Origin: Eledone cirrhosa
Lineage: Eukaryota
DNA: 64,000 nt
NCBI GenBank assembly: GCA_964016885.1
Contig: OZ024742.1
Coordinates: 219,852,001-219,916,000, forward strand
Direction: 5' to 3'
The stretch's first letter is position 1. Each line of letters begins with the position of its first letter. The notes beneath the pieces were generated by a model. That model was not told the origin of the DNA. It worked only from the letters and a program-made list of their open reading frames with translations, and searched no databases. Shown one piece after another: positions 54,822 through 64,000 of this stretch. Both the position numbers and the translations under genes were made by a program.

Positions 54822-55440
54822 AAAAGCCCATAGATACCACTCAATCTTTAACAGACATACAATAAAACTATCTTACTCTACTACTATGAACATAGCACAA
54901 AATATAAATAGAATCAATAATAGAAATTTAAACCATAACCAAAATAGCAGTAATATCTCTAGCAATATCCAACATAATAGTTCCGTTTCGAATAACATCA
55001 ACTCCGCTAAATGTAACTGTAGAATTAAATCAAACTGTCCTTTAAAAAATAAGTGCTTAGATAAGGACGTGGTCTATAAATGCACAGTCAAAACCAGTGA
55101 TAATATATTTAACTATGTAGGTGTAACTTCTACAGAATTTAAAAGTCGTTGGAATAATCACAAATGCTCTTTCCGAAAACTTGATAAAAAATTTTCAACT
55201 TCTCTATCAAACCTGATATGGAACTTAAAATCCAAAAATATGGACTATTTTTTAACTTGGGAAATCATTTCATAAGCACCTGCCTACTGAAACACAGCTT
55301 TATCTAGATTTTGCAAATTGTGTGTTGAGGAAATTTTCTTCATACTTAAATCTAAGAACTCTATTAATGTACGGACGAATTTATTTAGTTCTTGTAACCA
55401 TCGCCTAAATTCAACGGTTAGAACTATATATAAATTATAA
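54822..55440 (+). mobile_element. Naiad-type PLE endonuclease fragment 1
   Basis: HSIFNRHTIKLSYS...CNCRIKSNCPL (CxCx5C)...VVY...YVG...RWNNH...CKLC..E...CNH; two in-frame stops. Confidence 0.85.
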
Positions 55441-55451
55441 TTACACTTATA

Positions 55452-56484
55452 AAGTTTCTAGTTGATAAGAAAATTATGATGTTGTTGTAATTCAATCCGG
55501 AGCTTTGTAGTTATGTAAGAGGTGTTTTGAGACGTGTGGACAACGTGTGAATAATTCATTTCTCGTATCTAGGCAATCACTATTGCCCTCTTAGATAGAC
55601 ACTTTCCCATAAGTCATAAATACCGCTCCATCTTTAACCGACACAAAATAAAACTAGGATACTCCTGCGATAAGAACATGAAGGCCCATATCACCAGCAG
55701 CCCTAAGAGAAACACTCCACCTGGGTGCTCTTGCCGAAAGCCCGACGCTTGTCCCCTTCAACAGCAATGCAACACACCCGCTGTAATTTATGAAGCTGTG
55801 GTCACTTCCAACCGACCAAATCAACCACAGGAGATCAAATCATATGTGGGTATGGCGGAGGGCCGATTTAAGGAACGTTTCCTGAACCACCAGTTGACCT
55901 TTAGGTACCCGGACAGACGTTCATCCACGAAACTCGCGAGCCACGTATGGTCGCTCAAGGACTCAAGTATAGACTACTCCATTCAATGGAGAGCCACCAC
56001 TAAGTCCAAGCCATACGCAAGTGGAAATTCGTAATGTGGACTATGTATTGATGAACGAACAAATATTCTAAAGACATTATGCAATACTGATTGCCTAAAC
56101 ACGAGAAATGAATTCTTCACACGTTGTCCACACGTCTCGAAACACCTCTTACATAACAACAAAGCTCCGGATTGAATTACAAAAACATCATAATTTTCTT
56201 ATCAACTACAAACTTTTCGGACTTTCGCAGTTATCTCCCTTACACCTCTCGCACGCATTTTAGCCTGTGTGTAGTTATGTAAGAGGTGTTTTGAGACGCA
56301 TGCGCGTTCGTACGGTTGTCCTTCCTGTTCCGTATAACCATGTCCATTACGAGCTGAGGATCCGCTAAGGTGAAACAATTGTTCTCGGTATGGTGAACTA
56401 ACTGTTGTGTAACCACTTCTACCTAACTCGTCCCATGGACTGAGTGCTCTACCACTACGGATATTACCTTCCAGTGTTCTACCA
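55452..56484 (+). mobile_element. Naiad-type PLE 3' fragment 2 with inverted 5' piece, hammerhead and tail
   Basis: HFPISHKYRSIFNR...CSCRKPDACPL...VIY...YVG...CGLC..E...LNTRNE...CPH; ~55453-55579 is the inverse of ~56088-56215; ends in (TA)n. Confidence 0.88.
56350..56387 (+). ncRNA. Minimal type I hammerhead ribozyme
   Basis: CGAG-CTGAGGA-tCC-gctaa-GGt-GAA-ACAATTGT-T-CTCG; palindromic stem III. Confidence 0.85.
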
Positions 56485-56496
56485 CTATATATATAC

Positions 56497-56529
<33 letters not shown>

Positions 56530-56584
56530 TCTATATATGTATATATATATATATATATACACATACATACATATATAATGTATA

Positions 56585-56626
<42 letters not shown>

Positions 56627-56632
56627 CATATA

Positions 56633-56670
<38 letters not shown>

Positions 56671-56715
56671 CATATATATACATACATTATATATATATGT
56701 ATGTATATATATATA

Positions 56716-56936
56716 AGAAAGAACGATCGACTTTCGTCAAATCGGACCGAGGGAACAATGTTTACGTTGGTCTTTCCAATTGCTAATACTATCTATCGGT
56801 CGCAACTCCAGGTAGAAGGAGCAACGTGAAATAAAGTGTCTTGCTCAAGGACATAACGCATCGCCTGGTCCAGGAATCGAACTCACAACCTTACAATTGC
56901 GAATCCAATTCTCTAACCACTCAGCCACACGCCTTC
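56716..56936 (-). mobile_element. SINE with family B head and alternative tail
   Basis: tggctgagtggttagag, gagttcgattc and tccttgagcaagacact on the minus strand. Confidence 0.8.
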
Positions 56937-56987
<51 letters not shown>

Positions 56988-57009
56988 TGTATGTATGTAT
57001 GTATGTATG

Positions 57010-59204
<2,195 letters not shown>

Positions 59205-59219
59205 CATATATATATATAT

Positions 59220-59340
59220 ATATGAATGTATATATAGTGTATTTTGCAATACACTGTATGCTTAATTAAAAGCATTTCGAAGACCTTACGCTATTGTTTT
59301 AGAGTGTATTGCAAAATACACTATATATACATTCATATAT
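59220..59340. repeat. Short (TA)n-embedded inverted repeat
   Basis: 36-bp arms atatgaatgtatatatagtgtattttgcaatacact and its complement around a 47-nt spacer. Confidence 0.8.
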
Positions 59341-59422
59341 ATATCGCTAAATATATATATATATACATACACACACACATATATATATATATACACACAC
59401 ACATATATATATATATATACAT

Positions 59423-59487
<65 letters not shown>

Positions 59488-59615
59488 CATACATACATAT
59501 ATATATATATACATATATACATACATACATATATATATATATACATATATACATACATATATATATATATACATATATACATACATATATATATATATAC
59601 TTATATATATATATA

Positions 59616-59689
<74 letters not shown>

Positions 59690-59991
59690 TACATATATAT
59701 ATATATACATACATATATATATATACATAGTTATAGAGGTATTTATTTACGCTTTAATTTATATTTTTAATTATCGTGTCTATAGTCTGCCTTTCATAGG
59801 TTATATATTCCATACACTGGTGGTTTTATTCCCTGTATTATTGATAACGCACTGTATATCTCTCTCTGGTGTGTTACCTTTTCAACATATTGTATTTTAA
59901 AGATCTCAGGATCTCTTCTCCTTTGAGCACATTATTTACAGGGAATAGCGAGGGCCTATGCCTCCGTTATTTTATCGTGATATATATATAT

Positions 59992-60521
59992 AATAATAAT
60001 AATGAAATTATTGTGTACAGTGCTCAGGTGCACTACAACTCATCAAAGGTGCATGTATAGTACATAGAATAATGTACAAATGTCAGGAAAATAAACAGTG
60101 TATGAGTCATGATATAATAACAATAACAATAATGAAATATTGTGCACAGTGCCCAGGTGCACCACAACCCATCAAAAAAGTGCATGTACAGTACATAGGG
60201 CAATGCACAAACATCAGTAAAATGAACAGTGCACACATGTGTGCATGTGTATGGAAGGGGCACATCAGGTGTAGTTTTGGCGTATTTCGGGAAGCATGAG
60301 TGTCTTAAAGGATGCAGTGTCTCGGCAGCTAACAATTGACGCAGGCAGTTTGTTCCATGTTTCAGCAACTCTGAGCGTGAAAAAATGTCTGCGAAAGTCA
60401 TGGGAGCTGTGCTGTTTTCTTATCTTGTAGGCATGTCCACGTGTGTTAGATACATGGAGATCAAAGAGGCGCTCAGGGTTGCAGTTGGCGAGATGGTTAA
60501 AAACTTTGTGGGTATTCACCA
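59992..60521 (-). mobile_element. CR1-type LINE 3' end plus a second diverged 3' UTR copy
   Basis: NTRGHAYKI...RHFFTLRVAETWNKLP; 3' UTR with (ATT)n tail present twice. Confidence 0.85.
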
Positions 60522-60549
60522 TATATATATATATATATATATACACATA

Positions 60550-61465
60550 ACCGGAGGTAGCAAGTAGAGCGGAGGCCAAAAATTATAGGTCAGTCTCCCT
60601 GACTTTGCGAAGGCCTTTGACAAGGTCGACCACGGAATATGTCACAAACTACACGGACCCGGCATAACTGGAAAAGTAGGTGAGTGGCTGCATGACTTCT
60701 TAAAGGACAGAAGCCAGACAGTCGCAGCAAACGGGGCCCTCTCAAAGGAAACATCAATAACAAGTGGGGTGCCCCAAGGGACAGTCCTGGGACCACTACT
60801 GTTTTTGGTGGCTCTCTCAGACATGCCCTCTGTAGTTCATACAACAACATCCCTCACTAGCTATGCTGATGACACTAAGATAGCACAGGAAATCAAAAAC
60901 CCGGCTGACGCTGCCCTTTTACAACAAGGTGTGGATGCTATATACAAATGGGCGGAAGAAAACAACATGCAGTTTAATGCTGGCAAATTCCAAGCCGTAC
61001 AATACAAACCTGGAAACACAAATACAGTACAACAAAGCTACGCAGGACCAGGAGGGACCGATATCCCCGTGTCAAAATTGATACGAGACCTGGGTATAGA
61101 CATGAGCGATCTTTTTTCTCACACATTATGAAAGTGGCGACAATGTGCAGACGACTCGCTGGCTGGATCTTGCGGACTTTCCGGACAAGAGAGCGTGACA
61201 CCATGTTGACACTATGGAGGACATTTGTCCTAAGCTGCCTGGACTATTGCTCCCAATTGTGGTCACCCCATAGTGTTGAACGGAACTTGAGGCAATCCAA
61301 TGAAGCTACACCAAGAGGATTGCCACGATGAAGGAGATAAGCTACTGGGAGAGGCTAAAAGAACTGAACCTCTACTCCTTGGAATGAAGATGGCAGAGAT
61401 ACGCAGTGATCTACATGTGGAAAATCCTGGAGGGACTAGCACCAAACTTTGGCATTGGGAGCTGT
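60550..61465 (+). mobile_element. CR1-type LINE RT fragment
   Basis: DFAKAFDKVDH...SGVPQGTVLGPLLF...YADDTK...[10 protein letters not shown]; frameshifted, TA-flanked. Confidence 0.88.
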
Positions 61466-62007
61466 ATGTGTATATATATATATACACATACATACATATA
61501 TACATATATATATACATATATATACATACATATATATATATATACACATACATACATATATACATATATATACATATATATATATACATATATATATATA
61601 TACACATACATACATATATACATATATATATACATATATATATATACACATACATACATCATCATTTCATTTTACGTCCGTTTTTTCCCTGCTTGCAAGG
61701 GTGGGACGGGAACTGATGGTGGCTTGATTTCTACAGCTGGATGCCCTTCCTAACACCAACCTCATTTACAGTGACTGCAAGCCTAGGTTTGGATGAAACA
61801 ATTGTAAGTGAATAAATGCTTTGAACATAGCTTTGATTCTTGTGAATTCTATATAACTGCTCTGTAGAACAACTGATGTTATTACATTGAGCTATTTATC
61901 TTACTGGTAATAAGGTAGTAATAAATTACTGACCTTCACTGTTTAGGGTTTAAAATATACATAACTATAAAAAGTTTTAATATATACATAACCATAAATA
62001 GTGTCCC

Positions 62008-62067
<60 letters not shown>

Positions 62068-62068
<1 letters not shown>

Positions 62069-62254
62069 CGAAGGAAGTGTGGTAGAAACCAGATGGACCA
62101 TAACGCACCAGAGTACTCAATACTTAGGGTAGTAGAGTGGGTAATAGGAAAATGTTTAACCCCGATGGCAGAGTTCAAGCCGTTCTGACGGCTATTTCTG
62201 GAGTCCAGAAATAGCCGTCGAAATGGCTTGAGCCCTGCCGCCGGGGTTAAACAT

Positions 62255-62258
<4 letters not shown>
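62068..62258 (-). mobile_element. Hairpin mini-element, copy 2
   Basis: Homologous end to end with 26751-26950; GAGTACTC at 62111; (TA)n on both sides. Confidence 0.85.
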
Positions 62259-62310
<52 letters not shown>

Positions 62311-62316
<6 letters not shown>

Positions 62317-62761
62317 GATATTAAACAAATGGAAACTATATTTATAAAACCATATTTATTTCATTATACATATTTCAGGGATACCATATTAAAAATATGG
62401 CATGCCTTCTTCAGATAAAATACAATATATAAGCAGTTTTATAAATAAATTTGACGTACCATAAAAATATTGATCAACTTCCATTTAAAAAAGTTGGTTT
62501 TTTTAAATGGAAGTTGATCAATATTTTTATGGTACGTCAAATTTATTTATAAAACTGCTTATATATTATATTTTATCTGAAGAAGGCATGCCATATTTTT
62601 AATATGGTATCCCTGAAATATGTATAATGAAATAAATATGGTTTTATAAATATAGTTTCCATTTGTTTAATATCGTATATCTACTCCAAAACTTGTTGAG
62701 TGCTTTATATCAGTTATAAAATATTTACTCGTTGTAACCCAACAATTTTAAATAAAACTTT

Positions 62762-62764
<3 letters not shown>
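62311..62764 (+). mobile_element. Large palindromic mini-element with two mirror hammerheads
   Basis: ~180-bp near-perfect arms 62311-62680; CTGAAGA-AGG...CCT-GAAATATGTA at 62577-62624 with mirror at ~62367-62414; GAGTGCTT at 62698; relative at ~32990-33080. Confidence 0.88.
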
Positions 62765-62813
<49 letters not shown>

Positions 62814-62850
62814 AAGAAATTAAAAGATCGTTAAAAAAGTTCCATGTATT

Positions 62851-62913
62851 TTATTACGCGCATTTCAAAAACAAATATCATCCTAGGATGATATTTGCGT
62901 TCTCGTCAGATAA
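62851..62913 (-). ncRNA. Type I hammerhead ribozyme
   Basis: TTAT-CTGACGA-gaacgCAAATATCATCCTAGGATGATATTTGttttt-GAA-ATGCGCGT-A-ATAA. Confidence 0.85.
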
Positions 62914-63100
62914 TATAAGGAGGCATGATATGATGCTTAGAAAACACTTGTTAACAAGGTAGTGTCTAATCAACATATGATAAATAAATTTAAACGGATA
63001 TAGAAGATTGGAAAAAAGGGAAAAAAGGAAGGAAGAGGAAGAAAGGAGAAAAAAGGAAAGGATAACGGAGGAAGAGTATAAGAAGGATGGTAGGATAGAG

Positions 63101-63135
<35 letters not shown>

Positions 63136-63356
63136 ACATTTAAACTGAGAAACGCTGTCTCCACTGAACAATAACTGAAAAAAACGGTTGTAAATTTCTA
63201 AATAAAATTAAAAATTAAAAATTGATGAGGTTTATGAGTGATGATGTTTATGATTACATATATAGAAATTAAGTATACTAATTATTTAGGGTTTAAGGGT
63301 TTATATACTGAAGGATTTATTAAGATGTGCGAAAAAGTTTTATCAAAGTGTATTAT

Positions 63357-63546
63357 TGTGGATTGGCAGTATTGGTAGAGTGTCGGATACCATGCTTTGG
63401 CGCATAGAGTTACGGCCCTTGCCATTCTGAGTTCAAATCCCGCCGAGGTTAACTTTGCCTTTCATCCTTACGGGATCGATAAAATAAAGTACCAGTAATA
63501 CACTGGGTTATTGCTGGCCTTGTTCCTAACGTAGAAACAATTATTA
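63357..63546 (+). mobile_element. Nin-domain SINE
   Basis: A/B boxes and gcctttcatccttacgggatcgataaaat; partial copy also at 45826-45930. Confidence 0.88.
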
Positions 63547-64000
63547 AAATAAAATGAAGTAAAATAAAATAAGATAAGGTGAATAAAAATAAATTTAATG
63601 ATTTATGAGGTTAATAAGCTTAGAAGACTATGTAAGGTCCAAGTTTGTTTAAATAGAATGTAATTGAAAAAGTATATCTATGAAGAAGTAATTATTTCAG
63701 CAGAAAGAAGTCCGGAGAGAGAGAAGAAGAAAAAAAGTAAAAAACCGAAGAAGAGGGGATGACGTCAAAATTTGTTTACAAAATTCACCTAATGTTAATA
63801 TTACTAGATTTGAAGTAAAAAATTGGGGAAAATAGCGGCTTACGAAAAAAGTAATATTGAGGAGAAATGATATGATGAACTATTTAAAAAAAGTTTGTAT
63901 CTACAAGAAGATAGAGCGGTTTGCTATAGTGAATTACAAATTAAGAATTAAAAAAATTAAAAATTAAAAAATTTTTAAAATTGAAAAAAAATTAAAGAAA

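Noticed and set aside
55273-55290. In-frame TAA and TGA in Naiad fragment 1 as recoding sites
   Set aside because: Neither is at a conserved Cys and one is TAA; ordinary decay.

Overview
AT-rich animal DNA that is almost entirely repeats. The SINE and LINE content resembles octopus/cephalopod sequence (inference). No host gene is convincingly supported, and most short ORFs in the track are (TA)n/(CA)n/(TACA)n artefacts. The window contains several RTE-clade LINE families (one near full-length at 28.9-32.2 kb, with a PHD-type zinc finger inside the RT), CR1-type fragments, tRNA-derived SINEs (Nin-domain and a second modular family) and small DNA-transposon relics. It also carries many Penelope-like element (PLE) remnants, including three Naiad-type GIY-YIG ends. 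The most notable signal is non-coding: about ten recognisable type I hammerhead ribozyme folds plus several decayed ones. Many sit in microsatellite-flanked palindromic mini-elements of 0.15-0.45 kb (inverted arm + full arm + unpaired tail). Unrelated families share a GAGYRCTY octamer about 30-60 nt before the 3' end, and some palindromes are centred on what looks like the ribozyme's stem II. All folds and alignments were done by eye, and element boundaries are approximate.
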